From NCBI GenBank assembly GCA_050953245.1, contig JBMNMG010000002.1:266903-330902 (forward strand): a stretch of 64,000 nt of DNA, given 5' to 3'. A program made the position numbers and the translations under genes. The notes beneath the pieces are model-generated. The model had not been told where the DNA came from. It worked only from the letters and a program-made list of their open reading frames with translations, and searched no databases. This stretch comes from Bacteroidales bacterium (lineage in GTDB: Bacteria > Bacteroidota > Bacteroidia > Bacteroidales > BM520). Of the stretch, positions 31,725 through 41,100 are shown piece by piece (position 1 is the stretch's first letter; each line of letters begins with the position of its first letter).

Positions 31725-33029
31725 TTATTCTACATTAAGTAATTGTTTAAGTTCTATTTGCGCATTAATTAACTGCAAAACAGCTTGGTTGTAATTGCTA
31801 TGCGCATTAATTAATTCGTTTGAAGCACTTGTTACATCTAATGTAGAAGCTCTTCCATATTCATATTTATTACTTATATTATCTAATACTCGTTTAGAAA
31901 CATCTATATTTTTTTGTTGAGTTTGATAGTTTTCGAAAGCAGAAATTACATTAGATTTCAATTGATTACTTTGAAGTATTAAAGCTCTTTTTGTATTATT
32001 AAAATTGTTTTCTGTAATTTTATAATTTAATTTGCTTTCTTGGATTTTTTTATAATTTATTCCTGAAGAAAAAATAGGTAAACTAATTTTAAAACCTACT
32101 AAATTTGGAGGAGTCATATTCATCATTTCTGTTTTTCCAAAATAAGTTTTTGCAGAAAATTGATAAAAAGCACTAATAGTTGGTAAATAGTTCATTATAG
32201 ACATAGTGGTTTGCTTGTCTGATAACATTAAATTTTGTTTTAGAAGTTGATAATCATAATTTCTTTCTATATCAAAATTAGAAGTAACTAATTTAGTTGC
32301 TTCATCTTCATTAATTAAGTCCTCCAGTTTATCAGTTAATACAATTTTTTGATCAACCTCACAACCCAATTGCAGTAACAAACTGTTATAAATAATCTCT
32401 AATTGTCTTTGAGAGTTAGTAATATTATTTTTTAATAGTGAAACTTGTACTGATAACTTATCAGCATCTGTTTGCTCCGCAACACCTACCTTTACGGAAT
32501 TTTCAGTTATTTCATATAAATGTTTAAGATTGTCGTAACTTTGATTAAGCAAATCAATAGTTTGTTCCATTACTAAGGCAGAATAGTATGTTTTTGCTAC
32601 ATTGGCAATTACAGTTTGGTTATTTTTTTCACTATTAATTTTGCTCATTTCTACAGCAAGATTTTGGATAAAAGTACCCATGATTTGTTGTCCGCTTAAA
32701 CCTAAAGCAGCAGTAACTGAAAAAGAACCGGATGGATTTAATGGAAATGACATAGCTCCAAAATTCATCTCGTATCCGCACAAGTTTTGGTAATCGAAGC
32801 CGGCATTTACTTGCGGTAATAATGAAGCTAAAGTTTGCCATTTTAAAGTTTCAGCCTTTTTTATTTCTAAAGAAGCGTTTCTTACGGAATAATTATGCTC
32901 TAAAGCATATTCTTTTGCTTCTTCTAACGAAAGCATCAAAACGCTTGAATCATTATTTGTATCTTGTCCAATTGTTGAATAAGATAGAAATATCAGGAAC
33001 AGAAATGTTAAAAGAGATGTTTTTTTCAT
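31725..33029 (-). CDS. TolC-family outer membrane efflux protein
   Basis: Signal peptide, duplicated OEP repeats; operon context. Confidence 0.85.
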   Translation of the reverse strand: MKKTSLLTFLFLIFLSYSTIGQDTNNDSSVLMLSLEEAKEYALEHNYSVRNASLEIKKAETLKWQTLASLLPQVNAGFDYQNLCGYEMNFGAMSFPLNPSGSFSVTAALGLSGQQIMGTFIQNLAVEMSKINSEKNNQTVIANVAKTYYSALVMEQTIDLLNQSYDNLKHLYEITENSVKVGVAEQTDADKLSVQVSLLKNNITNSQRQLEIIYNSLLLQLGCEVDQKIVLTDKLEDLINEDEATKLVTSNFDIERNYDYQLLKQNLMLSDKQTTMSIMNYLPTISAFYQFSAKTYFGKTEMMNMTPPNLVGFKISLPIFSSGINYKKIQESKLNYKITENNFNNTKRALILQSNQLKSNVISAFENYQTQQKNIDVSKRVLDNISNKYEYGRASTLDVTSASNELINAHSNYNQAVLQLINAQIELKQLLNVE

Positions 33030-33043
33030 TTGTTATTTATATT

Positions 33044-33649
33044 TTATCTTTTATCTTTATTATTTAAGTAATAATCTAATCCGGTATCTGTTGCAATAGC
33101 CCTTACAATAAAATCACAATAATATGATGATATTTTATTTATTGGGACTTTAGATTTTGATGAAAATTTTATTAGTGAAGTTATGTGTGACGATAGCATT
33201 TGAGCAGTAATTTCTATATCAATCTCTTCCCTAAATAAATTTTCTTCTATACCTTTTTGCAGTATTGAAGTAAAAAAATCAGTTAGAATAATAATTATTC
33301 TATTATCATTTTCTTTAGATAAGTGAGGATAAAATTTATCTAAATCTCTTGCAAAATTTGTAAATTTGTCTTTATGCATCCCCTTATATTTTGAGAAAAA
33401 CTCAAACAGTATATCTATCGCATTATTATCTTCTTTATTAATCAATTCATCAAAATATTTTTTCTTACTTTGTTCAATATTTATTAATATTTTTTCAATT
33501 AATACATCTTTACGATTAAAATATTTGTAAAATGTTTTTTTTGAAATACGCAAATTTGAACATATTTCATCAATTGAAACACTTCTTAGACCATGTTGAA
33601 AAAATAATTCAGATGATTTTTTTAATATTTTATTTTCAGTATCTAACAT
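33044..33649 (-). CDS. TetR/AcrR-family transcriptional regulator
   Basis: N-terminal HTH (ILKKSSELFFQHGLRSVSIDEICSNLRISKKTFYKYF). The track ORF begins at a TTG (33673); the ATG at 33649 is more likely. Confidence 0.85.
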   Translation of the reverse strand: MLDTENKILKKSSELFFQHGLRSVSIDEICSNLRISKKTFYKYFNRKDVLIEKILINIEQSKKKYFDELINKEDNNAIDILFEFFSKYKGMHKDKFTNFARDLDKFYPHLSKENDNRIIIILTDFFTSILQKGIEENLFREEIDIEITAQMLSSHITSLIKFSSKSKVPINKISSYYCDFIVRAIATDTGLDYYLNNKDKR

Positions 33650-33952
33650 TAGTCGAATTAATATAATTTGCAAAGATAAATTAAAATTATTATGGACTTG
33701 TTATTTTATTGTTAAATAATTATAAATTTAAAAAATAACATCGTAATCGTTTAGTTATCAGAGAAAAGCAAAAACTTAAAAAGTGTAATAGTTTCCTGAG
33801 GGGGTTCGATTAAGAATATTAAATAGATAAATAAACTTATAATTATTGAATTTATTTTTAATGTCAGTCTTATTTTAACTATCCCTTATATATTAAAAAT
33901 AAAAATACACGAAATAATAAAGTTATTTCTTGTATATCAGTATTTTATCCTT

Positions 33953-33988
33953 CGGATGCCATCCCGAATTTTTGCCGGATGCCATCCC
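33953..33988. repeat. Two copies of the 13-mer CGGATGCCATCCC (each an inverted repeat GGATG-C-CATCC), starts 23 bp apart
   Basis: Exact copies at 33953-33965 and 33976-33988, each followed by a T-rich run; ~105 bp upstream of the C69 dipeptidase gene. Confidence 0.8.
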
Positions 33989-34093
33989 TATTTTTAAAAA
34001 GAAGCGTAAGTTTTTGCTAACTCGTTTTTTTTATGTAAATTTGTTATTTAATTTTTTAGATTGAAATAAAGTTAAACGTTTAAAATTATTTTT

Positions 34094-35785
34094 ATGAAAA
34101 GAATTTTTGTTTTATCTCTTTTGATATTGTCGAGTTTATCGGCAATGTGTTGTACAAATTTTTTAATTACTAAGGGTGCTTCTGCAGACGGTTCTACTAT
34201 GATTACTTATGCAGCTGATGCTCACACACTTTATGGAGAGTTATACCATTGGGAAGGTAGAGAGTGGCTTCCGGGAACAATGTTGGATGTTTACGAATGG
34301 GATACAGGTAAGTATATGGGACAAATACCTCAAGCCCAACGTACATATAATGTTGTTGGAAATATTAATGAACATCAGGTTGCGATTTCAGAAACCACTT
34401 ATGGCGGTTTAGAAGAGTTATCGTCTCAAAGTGGTGCAATAATGGATTATGGAAGCTTAATTTATATTACTTTACAAAGAGCAACATCTGCAAGGGAAGC
34501 TATTAAAATGATTGCTGAATTAATGGATACTTACGGATATGCAAGTTCCGGTGAGTCTTTTTCTATTGCAGATAAAGATGAGGTTTGGATTATGGAATTA
34601 ATAGGTAAAGGAGAAGGTGAAAAAGGTGCAGTGTGGGTTGCTTTATTAGTTCCGGATGGAATGATTAGCGGTCATGCCAACCAAGCCAGAATTACTACAT
34701 TTCCACAAAAAGGTGAGAATGTAATAACTTCAGAAAACTTAGACAAAATATTCGATAAAAATGTAGATGTTGTTTATCATAAAGATGTAATATCTTTTGC
34801 AAAGAAAAAAGGTTTTTATAAAGGAAAAGATGCTGATTTTAGTTTTTGCGATACTTATGCTCCATTAACATTTGGTGCTGCTCGTGGTTGCGAGGCAAGA
34901 GTATGGGCTGGTTTTATGAAAGCTAATAAAGCTGCAGTTGCTCAGTACGAAGATTATGCACGAGGCGATAATTTAAAAAATAAGATGCCCTTATGGATAA
35001 AACCTGATCGTAAATTAACAGTATTCGATGTTATGACATTTATGAGAGATCATTACGAAGGTACATCAATGGATATGACAAATGATATAGGTGCAGGTCC
35101 GTTTAAATGTCCTTATCGTTGGCGTCCTATGGGTTGGGAATACGAAGGACAATCCTATTTACACGAAAGAGCAACATCTACGCAACAAACAGGATTTTCA
35201 TTCGTAACTCAATCTCGTAATTGGTTGCCTGATCCTGTAGGTGGTGTTATTTGGTTTGGAGTAGATGATTCATATACTTCATGTTATGTTCCTATGTATT
35301 GTGGAATAACGCAAACACCTTTACATTTTAGAAAAGGAAACGGATCCATGATAGAATATTCCCCAACCTCTGCATTTTGGATTTTTAATATGGTATCTAA
35401 CTTTGCATATTCTCGTTATTGTGACATGGTTGTAGATATTCAAAAAGTACAATCAAGATTAGAAAATAAATTTCATGATGAATTAATTAATTTTGATAAA
35501 CAAGTTGCAGCAGAAGTTGATAGAAATCCAAATAAAGCTGTAGCCATGATGAATACTTTCTGTGCTAATAAATCTGAAGAAACATTTAATGAATGGAAAG
35601 ATTTATTTATTTACTTAACAGTTAAGTATATTGATGGAAATATTAAAAAAGAAGAAAACGGAGTATTTATCAATAACGGATACGATGCTCGTCAACCTGC
35701 ATTCCCTGATCAACCGGAATATAGAAAAGAATGGTATAAGGTTATAGTTGACGATTGTGGTGATAATATCAAAGTCTTAGACTAA
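34094..35785 (+). CDS. C69-family dipeptidase
   Basis: Signal peptide then catalytic N-terminal nucleophile context CTNFLITKGAS; 563 aa. Confidence 0.85.
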   Translation: MKRIFVLSLLILSSLSAMCCTNFLITKGASADGSTMITYAADAHTLYGELYHWEGREWLPGTMLDVYEWDTGKYMGQIPQAQRTYNVVGNINEHQVAISETTYGGLEELSSQSGAIMDYGSLIYITLQRATSAREAIKMIAELMDTYGYASSGESFSIADKDEVWIMELIGKGEGEKGAVWVALLVPDGMISGHANQARITTFPQKGENVITSENLDKIFDKNVDVVYHKDVISFAKKKGFYKGKDADFSFCDTYAPLTFGAARGCEARVWAGFMKANKAAVAQYEDYARGDNLKNKMPLWIKPDRKLTVFDVMTFMRDHYEGTSMDMTNDIGAGPFKCPYRWRPMGWEYEGQSYLHERATSTQQTGFSFVTQSRNWLPDPVGGVIWFGVDDSYTSCYVPMYCGITQTPLHFRKGNGSMIEYSPTSAFWIFNMVSNFAYSRYCDMVVDIQKVQSRLENKFHDELINFDKQVAAEVDRNPNKAVAMMNTFCANKSEETFNEWKDLFIYLTVKYIDGNIKKEENGVFINNGYDARQPAFPDQPEYRKEWYKVIVDDCGDNIKVLD

Positions 35786-35821
35786 ATTAAACATTAACTA
35801 CAATAATCCTTAATTTTTATT

Positions 35822-37222
35822 TTGAAAAATAAAAATATATTAGGTTATTTATTTACATTGGGGCTTTTTTTTATAATAATAAGCCCCAATTTTTTAACTG
35901 AAGGTATGTTTATGGACGGCATTAATTATGCTGCCGTTTCAAGAAATTTATCTAAAGGATTAGGTACATTTTGGAAACCGTATTATAATGAACTGACTCC
36001 TTTTTATTATGGCTGTCCTCCACTATGTTTCGGAATCCAAAGTTTGTTTTTTAGAGTTTTAGGTGATTCTTTTTATGTAGAAAAAATATTTTCAGTTGTA
36101 AATATTTTAGTTGTAATATTATTAATTGACAAAATATGGAAATTAATAAATAATAACACTAAAAAAGGTTGGATTCCTATTTTATTGTTTGTTTTAATAC
36201 CATTGTCAACGTGGGCTGCAACTAATAATATTTTAGAAAACTCAATGACTGTTTTTGTGTTGTTGGCATTATTATTTTATATTAAAAGCAACTCCGAAAA
36301 TAGGTTATTGAATTTGATATTTGTTTCGGTTAGTCTATTTTTAGGCTTTTTGAGTAAAGGATTTCCGGTATTTTTTATTTTAACCTATCCTTTATTAAAT
36401 TGGCTTTTTTTTAAACATCAATCATTTAAAAGAGTATTAACAGATTATGTATTAATTGTAATTTTTCTTACAATTATCTGTGGCATAACGGTATTAATTT
36501 TTGAAAATTCAATAATATGGTTTAAAAAATATTTTGAACATCAAGTATTATATAGTATCACATCATGGAAAACGGTAGATAGCAGATTTTATATTTTATA
36601 TAAATTCTTATCCAACTTATCATTACCTGTTGGGTTATTATTGTTAATTACTTTATTTAGTTTAATAAAAAATAAAGGTAAAATTAAAATTGCAGATAAA
36701 AATGTAAAGTTGTTTTTCTTGTTTTTTTCAACATCACTTACCGGAGTTTTTCCTTTAATGATAACACTTAAACAAAGTGTATTTTATTTACTTCCGGTAA
36801 TGCCGATTGTCGCAATTTCGTTCGCATTTCTTGCAGTTAATTTATTAGAAAACTTAAGTACATCTCATGCTTTTTATAAAATTAGTAATATTTTAATAAT
36901 AATAATTTGTTGCATAAGCATAGGTTTAAATATTTATTTTTGTGGAAAAACAACTCGAGATAAAAACTTGTTATCTGATATTCATAAGGTGGGAAATTAT
37001 GTTGGCAATAATAAGTCTATTTCAGTAAATAGTGAAATGATGACATATTGGAGTACAATTGCTTATTTTACAAGATATTATAATATTACCCTAATTAATT
37101 TTGAAAATATGCAACTAAAATATTTAATAGTAAATACTAATACTAAAACAAACACTTTAGATGCAAATTATTCAAAAATAGAATTAGATTTAAAAATGTT
37201 TGAAATTTATCAAAAACAATAG
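35822..37222 (+). CDS. Polytopic membrane glycosyltransferase, ArnT/PMT (GT39/GT83)-like
   Basis: About 12 predicted TM helices with N-terminal loop FMDGINYA resembling ArnT/PMT_2-family proteins; start uncertain (TTG at 35822). Confidence 0.4.
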   Translation: MKNKNILGYLFTLGLFFIIISPNFLTEGMFMDGINYAAVSRNLSKGLGTFWKPYYNELTPFYYGCPPLCFGIQSLFFRVLGDSFYVEKIFSVVNILVVILLIDKIWKLINNNTKKGWIPILLFVLIPLSTWAATNNILENSMTVFVLLALLFYIKSNSENRLLNLIFVSVSLFLGFLSKGFPVFFILTYPLLNWLFFKHQSFKRVLTDYVLIVIFLTIICGITVLIFENSIIWFKKYFEHQVLYSITSWKTVDSRFYILYKFLSNLSLPVGLLLLITLFSLIKNKGKIKIADKNVKLFFLFFSTSLTGVFPLMITLKQSVFYLLPVMPIVAISFAFLAVNLLENLSTSHAFYKISNILIIIICCISIGLNIYFCGKTTRDKNLLSDIHKVGNYVGNNKSISVNSEMMTYWSTIAYFTRYYNITLINFENMQLKYLIVNTNTKTNTLDANYSKIELDLKMFEIYQKQ

Positions 37223-37276
37223 AATACAATTTTTTATAAATTGTTATATTTGTGGTACAGCAAAAAAAATTTAATT

Positions 37277-37960
37277 ATGAAACGAAATATTATTTTAAAA
37301 AGTTTAATTAGTTTAACATTACTATTAGCATTTAGTAGTGGTTATTCACAAAAAAGCTTTGGTGTCAAATTTGGATTCAGCCTAAGTAATGCCAGAATTC
37401 AAGTTCCAACCAGCTTCACATCCGGAGATTATAGTCGTGTTGATGATGATTTACAAAGTTTACCCGGATTTCATATTGGTTTTGTTAATCAATTGGATCT
37501 TGGCGAATATGTAGCAATTCAACCTGGAATTATGCTAGCAACTAAAGGGTATAAAGCTAAATTAAATATTTTACAAGCTACTGTAACCTCAATGAACTAT
37601 TATTTGGAAATACCAATTCAAATCATGGGTAAATACGATTTTGGCAAGGTAGAAGTATTTGGATTAGCAGGTCCTGTTTTAGATATAGGATTATTTGGAA
37701 AAACTAAAAGCTCCTTAAGTAGCGAAAGTTTTGGTAACTTTACAAATAACGACTCTTCAATTTTAGGTGAAGAAGGAAGATTAAAAAGATTTGACATTGG
37801 GTTAGATATGGGAGCAGGAGTAGAGGTAATGGATATGCTTCAATTTAGTTTACATTATGTTTTAGGTTTTATGAACCAATATAAAACGAAGACAGAAATG
37901 GAGTTTCCTCCCAAATATCACAATGGAAGTTTCATGATTTCATGTGCTTTCTTATTTTAG
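37277..37960 (+). CDS. Outer-membrane beta-barrel (porin-family/OMP_b-brl_2-like) protein
   Basis: Signal peptide MKRNIILKSLISLTLLLAFSSGYSQ, alternating beta-strand pattern, C-terminal aromatic residue. The track ORF starts 36 nt upstream. Confidence 0.55.
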   Translation: MKRNIILKSLISLTLLLAFSSGYSQKSFGVKFGFSLSNARIQVPTSFTSGDYSRVDDDLQSLPGFHIGFVNQLDLGEYVAIQPGIMLATKGYKAKLNILQATVTSMNYYLEIPIQIMGKYDFGKVEVFGLAGPVLDIGLFGKTKSSLSSESFGNFTNNDSSILGEEGRLKRFDIGLDMGAGVEVMDMLQFSLHYVLGFMNQYKTKTEMEFPPKYHNGSFMISCAFLF

Positions 37961-37982
37961 ATTTAATAATAATTTAGGAATT

Positions 37983-38028
37983 AAAAAAGGAGTTGTCGAA
38001 TAATAAAAAATTGACAACTCCTTTTTTT
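37983..38028. terminator. Bidirectional intrinsic terminator between convergent genes
   Basis: Stem GGAGTTGTC (37989-37997) / GACAACTCC (38013-38021), flanked by A6 upstream and T7 downstream. Confidence 0.7.
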
Positions 38029-38144
38029 GTTTAACCCTAAAATGTTTCTGAAAACCTCAATTTTTAGTCACCTAAACTATACTAATTGAGAAATTTCAAC
38101 CATTTTTTTGCATAATTTGTAAGAAAGTTAATTAATTCCTTAAC

Positions 38145-41100
38145 CTAATTAGTTTTAAGAAATTTATCATTCGAAATCGTTTTGTTGTCTTTAACAACAA
38201 TAAAATATAATCCTTCCTTAAAGTTGTTTACATCAATTGAAATTTTATTATCATCACAATTTATTGTTTTAACCAAAATCCCGTTTACGTTGTATATAGA
38301 AATATTTTTAATCTTATTATTGCTTTCTACATTGATAATGTTTTTTACAGGATTTGGATAAATAATAATTTCTGAATTAACAGATGTTTCTTTTACTGAA
38401 AGAATATTATCTAAAACAAGTGCAAAGTTTGGAATACCATAACCGTAATCAATATAATGGTCAGGATATTTACTTGATGTGGAATTAATAATTTGTTTTA
38501 ATTCTTTAGGCTTTAATGAATTATTTGCTTGAATTAAACAAGCTACCATTCCGCACGAAATAGGGCTTGAAAAGGAAGTTCCACTACCTTCTTCTATTTC
38601 ATTATTAGGTCTTAATACAGTAGAGTTTACACCTAAGGCACAATAATCAGGTTTTGGATAATTATTGCTATTATTTCCCAGTGAACTAAAACTTGCAATT
38701 TCGTTGTTAATATCAACAGCACCTATTGTTGCAGCTTCTTCAACATCAGCAGGAGTTCCTATTTGAGACCAATGCGAGCCATTGGAATTTCCGGCACTTA
38801 CACTTACATAAATTCCTCTTTCAGTTGCCATTTTGCAACCAATTGAAGAAGGACAAGTACTTCCGTCCATATCTGAAAATACATGATCCATTGAACTATC
38901 GTCAAAAGTGGAATAGCTTAAAGAAGAATTTATTATTTCCGAACCAATACTATCAGCTATTTCTGCACCTTTAACCCAATTGAATTCTTCAATAAGATAT
39001 TCTGAAAAAGCATCTTCAGTTCTTATTAAGATGTATGAAGCTTCAGGAGCTGTACCTACAAATTCATTCGGTAAATATGAAGCCATACAAGATAAAACAG
39101 AAGTCCCATGGCTATTTCCGGTAGGTGAATAAATATCTCCATATTTTTCAACTAAATCGCTTGTATAAATGATTTTGTTATTGTCAAATAAATGTTGCAA
39201 TCCGGTAAGTTGGTTAACATTATTAAAACCTGCATCTAATACTGTTATTATGATTCCATCACCTTTATATCCTGCATCGTGAACAGGAATACCGTTAATT
39301 TGATTAATTTGACCAAAACCTTGTCCATAAACAGATTTATTGTCAATATTATCTATTTGAGAATAATTAATTTTATCCCATTTGTTATTAAGACTTGTAT
39401 TATTAGACATTTCAGGACAAACATAAACAATACTGTCAATAAAGGTTAAGTTGTTGATACTTTCGATTAAACTATCATTTGCATAAACTACAACACAATT
39501 AAGCCATTTGCTTGCATAATTTACAATTGCGCTTGTATTTGCAATTTGATTAATATATTCCGGATTAACAGGTAAATCATCTGTAGTAATAGGAATGTTT
39601 AGCAATTGTCTTCTTGCAATAGCTCTTTCTGATAAATATTCAGAAGGATTATCAATGCTATACGGAGAATTGTTTTTATCCTTTAAGAATACGGCATATT
39701 GAGGAAATGACGGAATATCAGAAATTATTATACTCTCGCAAACTTCCATAGAAACACTGTTTTCGCAAACAGATTCTATACAGTAGTCATGTTGTCCCAT
39801 AGGAACACCAAAATCGGTAAATGTTGTATTTTCAGTATAACCTATAAAAATTAAATCTCGATAGATATTATATCCCAAAGGTGAATTTTCCGGTTCGTTC
39901 CATGATAAATTAACATTTGCGATAGAAGTATTTAATGTTAAATTTGTAACTTCACTACAAGCTTCATATGAGTTAATAATACAATTATTTATAAATGTAT
40001 AAAGCAACCCTGATTGAAGCATCGAAGGTGATGAATAAATAATATTTCCTGATGCGTCCTTTACTGTAAAAGAACATTCATCATCATAAGCTCCGGATAT
40101 CCATGTTAAACTTACTTCAATACCTGTTTCTACTTCAATGGCAAATTCCGCAAATGCTCCCGATTCTAAGGTTAATTCTTGTGAAGGTGCTCCATTACTA
40201 AATTCAACTTTTAATATTGCATCATTCCAACCATCACCGTAATCATCGGTAAAACTAAAAATAAGATCACAAGATTCTTTATATAAAAAATCGATTACAG
40301 TTTCAGTTCCAAGACCATCAGTTAATTTTAAAGTAAAAGGAATATTAATATTTTCAGTCGGGAATGATGACAATGATGTTATATCAAATAATGTCGATTT
40401 AATTTCATTAACTTCCATATTCCCAACTAAATCAGTGTTTGTATTTATTACAATATTGTTATCCGATGACTCTAATTCGGCTACAATATTATTTGCCGGG
40501 ATATTTCCATTATTCAGAATATTAATAATAAATATAAAGTTTTCGTTCGGATCTATTTTACCATCATCATTACCTTCTGAATCATCAATAACATAAGAGT
40601 CTAAAATAATTTCATAACCACTTATATCAGCGGTAAAGTAAATAATACAATCTCCGGAACTTAGTTGAACAGATCCTTTGAATAAAATACCTTCATTTAC
40701 CGGAATACCTTGCGATACGGAAAAAGAAAGTGCGTTATTGATGGTTACTGATTCATTACTATTTAAGTCAGGCAAACTTGCAACACTGTCTATTAATGTA
40801 ACATATTGATTATCTGTTGAAAAAACAATATCAGACATGATACTCATATTTACATCAGAAATATTTTTAAAAGTTAAATTTAATGAAACAGTTTCATTAG
40901 TATTAATTTGTCCATCATTATTGCCTTGGTTATCGTTTACAGTATAGCTTTCAACTTGCAATGGATTCAAACTTAATAATATTTCAAGTGCCTCATCATA
41001 ATCGGGGATACCGTAACCGTAAGTAGTACTATGGTTTGGATATCTATCACCTGTAGAATTTACAATTTGTAATAAATCCATAGGTTTAATTAAAGGATTT

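Noticed and set aside
33798-33814. GAGGGGGTTCGATTAAG resembles a tRNA T-arm/T-loop and could be a tRNA or an att-site remnant.
   Set aside because: There is no complementary 3' T-stem, acceptor stem or anticodon arm nearby. It cannot be folded into a cloverleaf and is too short to call a tRNA fragment.
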